This document shows positions 9,901 through 20,988 of a stretch of DNA of 64,000 nucleotides, piece after piece. The notes below the pieces were generated by a model. The model searched no databases. It saw only the letters and a list, made by a program, of their open reading frames with translations, and had not been told where the DNA came from. Origin of the DNA: Okamejei kenojei (Eukaryota). Location: assembly GCA_035221665.1 (NCBI GenBank), contig CM069168.1, forward strand, positions 17,484,001 through 17,548,000, written 5' to 3'. How positions within the stretch are numbered: the first letter of the stretch is position 1; the number at the start of each line of letters is the position of its first letter. The position numbers were made by a program, and so were the translations under genes.

Positions 9901-12900
9901 AAGACATGAAGGGAATGGATGTGTCGTGAGCAGATAAAGAGTCTGGTATTGGCATCATGTTCGGCACAGACACTCGTGGGCCGATAGGCCTGTTACTGTG
10001 CTGTTCTAGACTTGCAGGCACTAGACTCCAAACGTTTCTGAGTTGGGGGGTCGAGTTTGCGGACTGCTTTTGAAGAGGGGACGGCAACAGTGTGTGTTTG
10101 GCTATTGCATGGTGTTTTGGTGATCTATGCCAGACACCTGGCGGTGCATCTGTGCTCCCATTTATAAACAGGAACAACCTTCCCCACAGTGTCTGTTGCC
10201 CGAACATGACGCCAAGAACCATCTCCAATCAGCCTGCACACATCCGTATCTTCATTCCCCCATATCCATATGCCTATCAAAACATCACCTCTGCCATATT
10301 TATGGAACTTGTTTACAGAAATCCCAGTATGGTTAGATCTTCAGTCATTTAGCCACTGTAAAAATATTCTCTTCAGATCCCTAGAGATGTTTTAATCCAA
10401 TTCATGACAAGTATTAGGCAGGAACAGACCCCTTTGGCCACAAAGTCCACACGACAAGAAGCCAGTAAAATGAGCCTCCTCCAAATCATAAATCCTATTT
10501 CTGGAGGATTGCTCTGCATTATCACCCAAACCACTGCCATGAAGGCTCCACCAGCCTATAATCCCAGGATTTAATAAGATTTTGTTTTCTTGCTAGAGAA
10601 GGATCCCAGGGACCACGAGAAGAAACGTAGCGTCGAATGCGTGAGAACCATAACAATGCAGAGACGAAGACCAGCGGGCGTAACAGAGCGCCCCAAACCA
10701 GTGAAAGCGTTGTGGAAATCCCCCAAGTATGAATCGCATCCATCCCAAGTGATGGCCCGCTTCAGGTAAAGCCCCGGCCTAGGTGTGAGAGAAGTTTCCT
10801 CGGCAGCAGAGAGCAGTGGAGGCTCCTGAAATTATTAGTGAGATGGATAAACCTTGCACAAATGCGTACAGAGTAAAAGACTTGTGTGGTGGAAGTGGTG
10901 TGGTCCCACGTATGAAGGGGTTGGTGTCTGCAGTGGCTGATAAACCTCACCAGTATGGAAGGCTCAGAGCAAACATTGCAGAATCTCCTAAACCTCCGAA
11001 GAAGATCCTTAAGGAAGGGTCTCGACCCGAAACATCACCCATTCCTTCTCTCCAGAGATGCTGCCTGTCCCACTGAGTTACTCCACCATTTTGTGTCTAT
11101 CTTCGATTTAAACCAGCAGTTCCTTCCTACACAGAGAATCCTCCTACATACACACCCATTGTTGTTGGAGTTATTGGATGTAACTGTGACAAACCTCATT
11201 ATATGTCAGTAGAGCCTGTGGCCAAACTCTGCTGTAACTGTGGACTATGTATGGAATTATATTAAATAACTTGAGGAGGAAAAATAAAATATAATGCACC
11301 ATCTTCCAGTTCACTATTGTATGTAAACTGCCCTTTTAAAAATAACCCACATAGTACAGATGAAAGGATAGGCAACATATTTTTGGTGGAACCTTTCATC
11401 GACATTTGCTTATTAAAAAAAAATTGCAGCTAATAATTGCAAGTCCACTTTGTTGCTATCAAAAGGTACGCTTTTCAGGTTGGCACAGTGGCACAGCTGG
11501 TAGAGATGCCGCTCAGCGATGCCACAGACCCGGTTTGACCCTGACCTCCCCCCCTCCCCCCCACCACTGCGCTGGCTGTGTGAGATTGCACGTGCTCTTT
11601 GGGTTTTCATCCCGCAACCTGGCGCAGGTTGCAGAATTTAATATGGCCCCACGTGTGTGTATGGGTGTTGATGCGACAAAGTGGGATAACACACACACAG
11701 ATTGTGAGGGGGCGGCGGGGGTTGGGGGGGGGGGTGGTGGTGTGGAGTCGATGGACGGCCCTGGAAACGATGGGGTTGAAAGACAAGTATTAATTCTCCG
11801 AAAGACCACACACCTCGACCCACAAACTCCCCTAATACCCAGACCTGTAAAAATCCGCCCTACAATCACTCAGGTGTAGGGTTTGTACCAAGATGGTTAT
11901 CACCCATCACAAGTCTAATACAAAGCATAGATGAAGAGACCTCGTCTTAACAACATTAATTCTGTCATGACGTATAGAAAGTCTTCTCCATCAGCATAGG
12001 GACAACACACCCAAACTATCCAGGACACTAATCTCAAAATGCACTAAGGAAGGGACACACTAATAGGTAGATTTTCCCTTTATTCATTATCTGGACACTT
12101 TAAAACTACATTTTTAGGAAAATGTACTAGAATTACTCAGTGTGCCAGTCAGCATCTCGGGAGGGAATGGACAGGTGACGTTATGGCTTCTTCAGTCTGA
12201 AGAAGGGTCCTGACCTGAAACATTGCCTGTCCATCCCCTCCAGAGATGCTGGTGACCCACTGTGATCCTCCAGCACTTTGTGTTTTGCTCTAGATTCCAG
12301 CATTGGCCGTCTCCTGTGTCTCTTGCATTCAGGCATGACTGTAAGTATCATGAGGAGGTCAAATAAGCTGACTACATAGAAAATAGGTGCAGGGGTAGGC
12401 CATTCGACCTGGCCCCTTGAGCCAGCACCCTGCCATTTCAATATGAACATGCTGATCATCCAAAATCAGTATCCCGTTCCTGCTTCCCCCCCATACATCG
12501 GGGCTGCCACCTTGGCTTTCATTTATCAATTTTAATTTCTTCCACAAGATGAGTGTGTCCAAACCTGCTGCATAACTGAGCATTGCAGAGTGTTCCTTAA
12601 ATTATTACCAAAGGCATTTCTGATTTGTGTCTGGTCAAAGACAGTCACAGTGAATACATGCCTGTTACCAGATTGCAGACTTTCCCAAAAGCTGACTTAT
12701 TTATTTTCTGTCTTTTATGTCATTTCTCTTCAGGACAACTCACCCCCCAAGTCTTTGGATAATCAGCAGTACCTTAAAGCTCACTCGCGATGTGGGACTG
12801 GGGTCGGTCCCAGGAGATCCACATCCCCGAGCCCAACCAAAGCAGAGACGTGTGTCGAGGCTCCAGAGGATTCTATCGCAAATGTGAGTGAATTATTGGA

Positions 12901-15900
12901 CAGAATTCACCAAGTATTTAAACGTAGGTAGACAGAAATGCTGGAGAAACTCAGCGGGTGAGACAGCATCTATGGAGCGAAGGAATAGGTGACGTTTTGG
13001 GTCGAGACCTGAAACGTCACCTATTCCTTCGCTCCATAGATGCTGCCTCACTCGCTGAGTTTCTCCAGCATTTCAGTCTATCTTTGATTTTTCCAGCATC
13101 TGCAGTTCCTTCATAAACATTAAGTATTTAAACATGACTGTTTCATGCTTTGTTTAATTTAGAGATACAGCACGGAAACAGCTCTTCGCCCCATTGAGCA
13201 CACAGTCATCTGTTTGCAATAGTTTCATATTATCCCAGTTTTGCATCCACCAACCACACTAGGGGCTATTGACAGAGCCAATTAACCTGCAGACCCGCAT
13301 GTCTTAGTGATGTGGATGTGGGAGGAAACCTACTTGGTCACAGGGAGAACGTGCATACTCCACACAGACAGCACCCGAGGTCAGGATTGAACTTGCGTCT
13401 CTGGCACTGTGAGGCAGCAGCTCTACCAGCTGCGACACTGTGCTGCCCAAATGGTCAAACTGAAGCATTATTCAATCCAAGGACAATATTACCAACTTGC
13501 AAACTCATTGCCTACAACGTGTCTGGGAAAGACTTTTGTGGGAAGTCTTGATAATCATAGAGCATAGAACAGTACAGTACAGGAACAGGCCCTTCAGCCC
13601 ACAATGTCTCTGCCTAACATGATTTCAAGACCAAGTATATGCCTGCACATAATTCATATCCCTCCATTCCCTGCATATCCATGTGCCTATCTAATGTCTC
13701 TTAATTGCCAGGCAACCTTCACCTTCTGTGTAAAAAAAACCACTTGCCACGCACATCTTTACACTTTGCCCCCTCACCTTGAAACTATGCCTTAAACCTC
13801 TGTTATGACCTCTCTGTAAATTTGCTGTTAATGCGAGTAATGAAAGCAAATTTTGTTTCCTGATCATAATTACTAACCTGCTTGTTTTTTTTAATTGCAG
13901 GCTCAAGTCACAGGCGTCGGTATAGATTTCATCAGGCACAACGCCCAGAATGCAAGGAAAATGCCAGTGCGACGTTCCAAATCCCTGCAGTCCCTGACGG
14001 ATGTGCTGGACAGGAAAGAGAAAGAACAGCAGGACTACATCAGCCAGAATAAAGGACAGCTACCGCAGTAGTAAGGAATGCACTATTCATCAATCCTTTT
14101 CCTTCACCTCTTCCGCCATGGTTTAGTTATGCTGCAAGTGGGTGCTATTGGTAGCTTTTATCTCAGAAATTATCCCTGCCTCACTCACCTTAACCTCTTA
14201 CTCAATCCCCGACACAACCTTCCACATATCTCCAAACAGTGGCAGAGACCCAGCTTCAATCCTAACTGTGGGTGCTCTTTGTACGGAGTTTGTNTGACGT
14301 TCTCCCCCACCCGTCTTCTCCCCCGTCCGTGTGGGTTTTCTCCGGGAGCTCTGATTTCCTCCCACACTCCAAAGACGTACAGGTTTGTAGGTTAATTGGC
14401 TTGGGAAAATTGTAAAATGTCCCTGGTGTGTAGGATAGTGTTAGTGTGCGGGGATCACTGGTCGGCGCGGACTCGATGGGCCGAAGGGGCTGTTACTGCA
14501 CTGTGTCTCTAAACTAAACTAACCAAAGATGGCCTGCTCTGCTCTGCCTTGAACGGTCTTGCATTTGATCATCCCTGCTTCTGGCGATTCCTTTACATCT
14601 TTTCCAGAGCTACATTTGGCATTTGCTACCCTGTGAGATCGACCAGCGTTGAATCTCGCTTGCCGAGCCGACCACGGCACTGTGTCCATGACTGTCCCTC
14701 AGGTGGTGAACCCAGAGTCTTGCACCTGCGGCCCTTTGCTCCCTCACCTCTGTCAAGTAGGACACAGTACGGCACAGGAACAGGCTCACAATGTCTGTGC
14801 TGAACATGATACCAGGATAAACTCCTCTCCTCTCCTCCACAAGATCCATATCCCTCCATTCCCTGCATATCCACCATCCAATCCAAAAGCCTCTTAAATG
14901 CCACTATTGATCCTGCCCCCGCCACCACCCTAGCAGTGCACTCCAGGCATCCACCACCTTCTGTGTAAAAACAAAACTTCCCTGCACATCTCCTTTAAAC
15001 TTTGCATCTCTCACCTTAAAGCTAAGCTCTCTGGTCTTTGACATTTCCATCCTGGGAAAAAGGTTCTGTCTGCATTCCATATATAATATACGCCTCTCAT
15101 AATTTTATAAACTTCTATCGTCTCCCCTCAACCTCCAATGCTCCACAGAAAACAATCTAAGTTTGTCTAACCTTTCCTTGTAGCTAATACACTCTTCCAC
15201 CATCCCCTCAGCATTGAAAGCAACTTATACTGAAGGGTTTCATCGTCCATTACATTTCCAAACCACAGTTAGAACGTTTTTACAACTCAGCTTTGGATTC
15301 CCTCATTCACTCAATTAGCTGCTGATTAACCTTGCTCACTCCATTTACAATAATTATGGTTATATACCTCAGTCTTACCCAAATCCTTTTGCAAGGTTTT
15401 AAGTTTGAAAAGTAGAACACGTACAAGGCATGTCCTTTGTTCCAGAGTGAAATTGTCAAATTAAATGTCATTTGCTTTTCTTTCTTTCAGTAAAAACTAT
15501 ATTTTCCATTTTCTTTTTCTCTCAGAACATTCAATAAACTTATCGAATAGTGTAAGGCTTGGATGGAGTGGATGTGGAGAGAATGTTTCCACTAGTGAGA
15601 AAGTCTAGAGACTAAAGGCCGTAGCCTCAGAATTAAGGGACGTTCCTTTAGGAAGGAGATGAGGAGGAATTTCTTTAGTCAATGGGGCGTGAGGTGAAGG
15701 GGTGCATCTGTGGAATTCTTGCCACAGAAGGCGGGTGGAACCAAGTCAAAGGATATGTTTTAAGGCAGAGAAGAAGGCCAGCAGAAGATAGATAATCTTG
15801 ATTAGTTCGGGTGTCAGGGTTTATGGGGAGAAGGCAGAAGAATGGGGTTAGGAGGGAGAGATAGATCAGACATGATTGAATGGCGGAGTAGACTTGATGG

Positions 15901-17379
15901 GCTGATTGGCCTAATTCTGCTCCTATCACTTATGACCTTATAAATCCTCTCATAAATCCTCTCCGTGTTTCCAGTTTAATTGAACGGCGGAATCAATGGA
16001 GGAAAGAGGCGGAAGAGCGACAGAAAAATATCCCCGACCCCAGCATGCCTCCAGGTCACACCAGGATGCCAGAGAATGAAAGACTGGAAACACTCAGTTC
16101 CCTCGAACAAAGTAAGTTTACTGTGCTCTCCCTACTGTAGAGGATAACATCTCTAGGATGACCCGAAACGTCATCTATTCCTTTTATCCAGAGATGCTGT
16201 CTGACCCGCTGAGTTACTCCAACTTTCTGTGTCTTTCCTCTGATGAATTATTGACAGGGTAACAGTTTGTGGATAATACTTGCTCCTGCACCAACTCTGC
16301 ATTTGGGTGAAACAAGCATTTCAGTCCAGCTCGCCCATACACTCGCTGAGAATGTACCGTGTACAGATCACGCTCGGCCAAAGCAGTGCCCAGTGATTGC
16401 AAGTTTTAAACGAATAAGTAAAATCATTTTGCATTTCGAAAAGCAAGAGCTGAAGATGCTGGAAGTCTCAATTAGAAGCAGAATATGGTGATAATATCTG
16501 GTAGGCAAAAGTGCTGGAGAAACTCAGCGGGTGCGGCAGCATCTATGGAGCGAGTTTCATAGATGGACCTTCGCTTCATAGATGCTGCCGCACCCGCTGA
16601 GTTTCTCCAGCACTTTTGTCCACCTTCGATTTTCCTGCGTCTGCAGTTCCTTCTGAACATGGTGTGCATAACATATAGCAGTCAGGCAGTTATCCAATGG
16701 AACAAAAGAAGACAATATTTTGGAGTTAATAACATTTCATCAAGGATCCACACCATCCTGGCCACACACTCATCTCCCTGCTACCTTCAGGTAGAAGGTA
16801 CAGGAGCCTGAAGACTGCAACAACCAGGTTCAGGAATAGCTACTTCCCCACAGCCTTCAGGCTATTAAACTGGCTCGGACAAAACTATGAATATTAATAA
16901 CCCATTATCTGTTATTTGCACTTTATCAGTTTATTTATTCATGTGTGTGTATATATTTATATAATGATATATGGACACACTGATCTGTTTTGTAGTCAAT
17001 GCCTACTATGTTCTGTTGTGCTGAAGCAAAGCAGAATTTCATTGTCCTACCAGGGACACATGACAATAAACTCACTTGAACTTGAACTCATCAGAGCCCG
17101 TTAACTATTCAAGCTACATTGGTGATGCAAGTTGAGTGTTTAAAGTATTTATGTTTTAATTAACTTGAACTACCTGCTCATCTTGTTTAATCTGCTTCCT
17201 GCCAATCCCTACCCCTAGCCCAAAAGCAGCTGATCAAGCAATTGCTGATGTTTCCTGTGCGAGTGGATACGATTGGCATGCAGAATAGACGCGCTGACCT
17301 TGAGAAGAAACTGGCAGAGATCGAAGAGGCCATTAAAATCTTCTCTCGGCCCAAAGTTTTCATCAAAGTTAATGACTGA
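6881..17379 (+). CDS. ENKD1: Enkurin domain-containing protein 1; coding exons 6881..6965, 8498..8722, 10597..10765, 12734..12883, 13901..14070, 15975..16111, 17219..17379
   Basis: Spliced product MSEGPSNISGPIPPDPTLFPDFYRRPISARGRLEGNSLKLD...ILERGQRG..LLQLEG...KALWKSPKY...LKAHSRCG...DFIRHNA...PDPSMPPGHTRMPENERLETL...IEEAIKIFSRPKVFIKVND* matches recalled vertebrate ENKD1 end to end. All introns are GT-AG. One exon is frame-disrupted as assembled. Confidence 0.93.
8249..8459. mobile_element. Fold-back Penelope-derived insertion with 15-bp TSD
   Basis: CCCATCTAAGTTTAA at 8234..8248 and 8460..8474; internal inverted arms. Confidence 0.8.
8498..8722 (+). CDS. ENKD1: ENKD1 coding exon 2
   Basis: ARGRLEGNSLKLDFL...EILERGQRGSVGVLLQLEGVSL; 225 nt, phase 1-1. 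Confidence 0.9.
8840..9358. mobile_element. Non-autonomous hAT element (TAGGGTTGCCAAC-type TIR)
   Basis: Right TIR GTTGGCAACCCTA, degenerate left TIR, 8-bp TSD TCAGTCAG at 8832..8839 and 9359..9366; inserted into a Penelope-derived repeat. Confidence 0.75.
10597..10765 (+). CDS. ENKD1: ENKD1 coding exon 3 (contains indels as assembled)
   Basis: KDPRDHEK...PKPVKALWKSPKY; 169 nt does not give the phase-0 end needed by the next exon. Confidence 0.8.
12734..12883 (+). CDS. ENKD1: ENKD1 coding exon 4
   Basis: DNSPPKSLDNQQYLKAHSRCGTG...; 150 nt; donor GTGAGT. Confidence 0.88.
12924..13121. mobile_element. Fold-back Penelope-derived insertion with 12-bp TSD
   Basis: AAGTATTTAAAC at 12912..12923 and 13122..13133; near-perfect ~75-bp inverted arms. 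Confidence 0.85.
13150..13450 (-). mobile_element. tRNA-derived V-SINE (HE1-like)
   Basis: Reverse complement of the SINE head, V core and tail seen at 42570..42890. Confidence 0.75.
13901..14070 (+). CDS. ENKD1: ENKD1 coding exon 5
   Basis: GVGIDFIRHNAQNARK...KGQLPQ; TACTAAC branch point at 13871. Confidence 0.9.
14243..14523 (+). mobile_element. V-SINE (HE1-like)
   Basis: Core GTGGGTTTTCTCCGGG..TTTCCTCCCACACTCCAAAGACGTACAGGT and (TAAAC)n tail. Confidence 0.8.
14755..15190 (-). mobile_element. CR1 LINE 3' fragment (older subfamily)
   Basis: Minus-strand VVAGAGSIVAFKRLLD..MQGMEGYG; related copy at ~13555..13810. Confidence 0.7.
15552..15938 (+). mobile_element. CR1 LINE 3' fragment
   Basis: Same family as 6320..6620, opposite orientation. 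Confidence 0.8.
15975..16111 (+). CDS. ENKD1: ENKD1 coding exon 6
   Basis: LIERRNQWRKEAEERQKNIPDPSMPPGHTRMPENERLETL. Confidence 0.92.
16740..17088 (+). mobile_element. Rex1/Babar LINE 3' end
   Basis: [29 protein letters not shown]-type sequence, then AATAAA and (CTTGAA)n tail. Confidence 0.8.
17219..17379 (+). CDS. ENKD1: ENKD1 last coding exon (end of enkurin domain)
   Basis: QKQLIKQLLMFPV...LEKKLAEIEEAIKIFSRPKVFIKVND*. Confidence 0.92.
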
Positions 17380-17601
17380 GCAGCTCAGAAAGGTAAAATT
17401 CAGGTTGTAGCAACATTTCTGTTTCTGGTCATTGCTTGGAATAATGGTTATGATGTGAAAGGCTTGGTTGTGATATGAATGGGGAGAAGAGAGTTGAGGT
17501 GTATGAAAACAAACTTGAGCAGTTACCAAATACACAGGACAAGATGTTAAAAATCCAAAGTGCCAAATATCAACTTGCTCCCGGTGGTGATGGGAGCCTT
17601 G

Positions 17602-18095
17602 AGGGCCTGTCCCACTTGCTTGCGAAAAAAAAAAAACAAAATTGGGGCGTGCGTTTGGTGGTGCGACCAAACGGAAGCGGAGTTCACACGCGAAGTTCTC
17701 GCGCGTGACGTCATTTGCCTCATGCATACCAATCAGCTGGGTCAGGGAGGCGGCCGACTGAATTTTGGGCGTCGTCGCACGCGTCGGCGCGGTGACGTCA
17801 ACACGGAATGCCACGCCGGGTGGTGACGTCATCACGCAACGCCACGCGCTAGGCGTACAACGTCAAGACGCTACGTACGACCGCAATGCGCCTGCGTGCC
17901 GACAGGCCGTTGGCGCACGGAGATTTTGGCCACTGCTAGAATTTTGGGGCCCCGCGCGATGTCGGGACCAGCCCCGCACATCTGCACGCTTCTAAGTGGG
18001 ACCGGCCCAGCGCGGCCATACAGTGTCCATACGCCTCAAGCGACCACGAGGTCGTGTAATTTGTGAGCCAAGGTCGCGTAAGTGGGACAGGCCCT
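17602..18095. mobile_element. CpG-rich MITE, PIF/Harbinger-like, downstream of the ENKD1 stop
   Basis: Perfect 16-bp TIRs AGGGCCTGTCCCACTT (17602..17617) and AAGTGGGACAGGCCCT (18080..18095); flanks TTG/TTA. Confidence 0.8.
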
Positions 18096-18164
18096 TTATG
18101 CACTCACCTACGATCCTCCTGAGAAAGGCTAGGCAGACACGTCACGTAAGTGGGCACCTTTTCA

Positions 18165-18455
18165 CTGGTGCAGTGAGCAGAGCTGCTGCCTCACAACAGC
18201 TGAGACCTGGGATTGATCCTGATCCCAATCCCGAGTGTTGTGAAGTTTACGTGATCTTCCTGTGACTGTGTGGATTTCCTCCGGGTGCTCCGGTTTCCTC
18301 CCACTTCACAAAGACATGAAGGTTTGTAGGTTAATTGGCTTCTGTAAACTACCCCTAGAATGTAGGGAGTGGTTGCAAAAGTGGAATTAGTGTGAATGGG
18401 TGATCGATGGTAGGTGTGGATTTGATGGGCCGAAGGTCCTGTTTCTATGCAGTAT
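18165..18455 (+). mobile_element. V-SINE (HE1-like)
   Basis: tRNA-like head, V core TTTCCTCCGGGTGCTCCGGTTTCCTCCCAC, CR1-like tail. Confidence 0.75.
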
Positions 18456-18847
18456 CAATCATATTGAATGTAGGTGCTGGCTCAAAGGGCCAAATGGCCT
18501 ATTCCTGCACCTATTTTTCTAATTGTTGTTTCTAATTTTCTACGAAAAATAGGCGCAGGAATAGGAAATTTACCTTTTCTACGGAAAAGGTAATTTTGTA
18601 ATTCTACAAAAATTACCTTTTGAAACCCAGTGATTTTGTTCATCTCTGAATTAAATTTAGTTTATGGAAGATGAAACCTATTTTGTAGCCAAATTAATAA
18701 TTTGAATCCTCTGAATTATAGCTTTGTTCTTGTTCCTTTACATTGCAGGCTTTTAAACGGAGGCATTTCTGACTTGCAGGAAACAAGTTGGAGCTACGGC
18801 ACACTTTGCTTTCTGAGTCTGTTGGTAACGTTTCTCACAGATCTGTA

Positions 18848-18853
18848 AATAAA
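18848..18853 (+). terminator. Candidate ENKD1 poly(A) signal
   Basis: AATAAA followed by AT/GT-rich sequence. Confidence 0.45.
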
Positions 18854-19124
18854 CTGACAGAATATTTTTTTATAATAATTAAATGTTCATTTTGTGATTC
18901 CAATGTTATTAAATTTATCAATTTTTGAAACAACACATGTTTTTGTTCTTTGAGACCTATAATAATGGAAATATTTGGATCATCAAAACTTCAAAGGAGG
19001 GGAGGTATTTTTGCCTTGTTTATGTAGCATTCCCAGACCATCCTCCTATCCTTGCAGCCCCCTGACTCAATATCAAATTTCCCAACCTCCGATAACTTGC
19101 TTTCTTTGCCTATATCAGAACTGT

Positions 19125-19545
19125 GTGCGGCATGGTGGCTCAGCGGTAGAGTTGTTGTCTTACGGCGCCAGAGACATGGGTTTGATCCCGACGGTACACA
19201 AAAATGCTGGAGAAACTCAGCGGGTGCAGCAGCATCTATGGAGCAAAGGAAATAGGCAACGTTTTGGGCCGAAACCCTTCTTCAGACCCTGATTACGGGT
19301 ACTGATCCTGACTGCGGGTGCTGTCTGTACGGAGTTTATACGTTCTCCCCGTGACCTGCCTGGGTTTTCTCCGGGTGTTCTGATTTCCTCCCCCATCCCA
19401 AAGATGTACAGGGTTGTAGGTTAATTGGCTTGGCAGAAATGTAAATTGTCCAGTAGAATAGTGTTAATGTACGGGGATCGCTGGTCGGAGTGGACTCGGT
19501 CGGCCGAAGGGCCTGTTTCCGCGTTGTATCTCTAAACTAAACTGG
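19125..19545 (+). mobile_element. V-SINE interrupted by a Penelope-derived repeat (~19194..19290)
   Basis: SINE head and body separated by ACACAAAAATGCTGGAGAAAC...CTTCTTCAGAC. Confidence 0.75.
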
Positions 19546-19712
19546 TCACTTTTTGCTGCAAGTAATTGTCTGTGATATTGGCTCGGGTTATTTTTACTCT
19601 TTTGTTCCCTCTCCATTAACACACGTATTTGCAACTCATCGCACTTCTTTAAGCAACAAACAATCTGTCATTGATTCACATGCTTGATCAATGGTGTTTT
19701 ATCATTAATGTT

Positions 19713-20410
19713 CAAAGTCAAAGTCAAAAGAGTCAAAAGAGTTTATTGTCATGTGTCCCTGGCAGGACAATGAAATTCTTTCTTTGCATAGCACAACAGA
19801 ACATAGTAGGCATTGACTACAGTTATATACTTAAATACACACATTAATTAATAAATTAATAAAGTGCAAATAACAGATGGAGGGGTATTAATGTTCAGAG
19901 TTTTGTCCGAGCCAGGTTTAATAGCCTGATGGCTGTGGGGAAGTAGCTATTCCCTGAACCGGTCGTTGCAGCTCTTCACAGGCTCCTGTACCTTCTACCC
20001 GAAGGTAGCAGGGAGATGAGTGTGTGGCCAGGGTGGTGTGGGTCCTTGATGATTGCTGCTGCCAGCCTTTTTGAGGCAGCGACTGTGGTAGATCCCCCTC
20101 GATGGAAGGAAGGTCAAGCGATGATGGACTGGGCTGTGTTTACTACTTTTTGTAGTCTTTTCCTCTCCTGGGCACTCAAGTTGCCAAACCAAGCCACGAT
20201 GCAACCAGTCAGCAAGCTCTCTACTGTGCACCTGTAGAAGTTAGAGAGAGTCCTCCTTGACAGACCGACTCCGTAATCTTCTCAGGAAGTAGAGGCGCTG
20301 ATGAGCTTTCTTAATAATTGCATCTGTGTTCTCGGAGCAGGAAAGATCTTCACAGATGTGCACGCCCAGGAATTTGAAGCTCTTGACCCTTTCAACCATG
20401 GGTCATATGT
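19713..20410 (-). mobile_element. Rex1/Babar LINE 3' fragment nested in another Rex1-type tail
   Basis: Nearly identical to 38905..39370. Host tail pieces 19675..19712 and 20417..20555 match the contiguous copy at ~34955..35125. Confidence 0.85.
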
Positions 20411-20759
20411 TGATATGTTTTATTATTATTAATGTTTAGTGTTTTCTGAGTCATTCGTAACCGTCACTGTATGTCATGTTGTTACTTGTGGGCGGAGCAC
20501 CAAGGCAAATTCCTTGTATGTGAATACTTGGCCAATAAAACTTACTTACTTACTTGACGGCACAAATGCAATACAATGACAGCATTTTCTATGCATATTT
20601 CTGAAATAATTTGCAGTGTTCCCCATGCATGTGGAGGTGGCATTCCCAGGGACGCGTTGCCCGACTTTCTATTGGGGTCTCTGCACTCTCTCTCTGTAAT
20701 AATGCCAATAAATGAACCGTATAAAGAGGTTTATAGAAATATAGTGTAACTAGGCAGGT

Positions 20760-20927
20760 TGCAGCCCGAGGCCTGGGCGGGGGCGCGCGCGCGCACGGTT
20801 TAAATCCCGCGGGCGGCGGGGGCGCGCACGCGGCCTAGCGACGCGGCAGAAGCCTGGGCTGACATTGTGACGGCGGCGGGGGAAGGAGGCTGCTGCTCGG
20901 GCCGGCCTTGCGCCGAGAGCCGCCGCC
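20760..20927 (+). promoter_or_regulatory. POLB CpG-island promoter and 5' UTR
   Basis: CpG-dense; GC boxes GGGCGG at ~20775 and ~20811; strong Kozak GCCGCCGCCATG. Confidence 0.7.
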
Positions 20928-20988
20928 ATGAGCAAGAGGAAAGCGCCGCAGGAGACGCTGAACGAGGGGATCACCGACTTCCTGATCG
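20928..20988 (+). CDS. POLB: POLB exon 1
   Basis: [20 protein letters not shown]; donor GTAATG. Confidence 0.95.

Noticed and set aside
17215-17835. 206-aa minus-strand ORF antisense to the ENKD1 last exon
   Set aside because: Starts inside a MITE and has no recognisable domain; probably a chance ORF.
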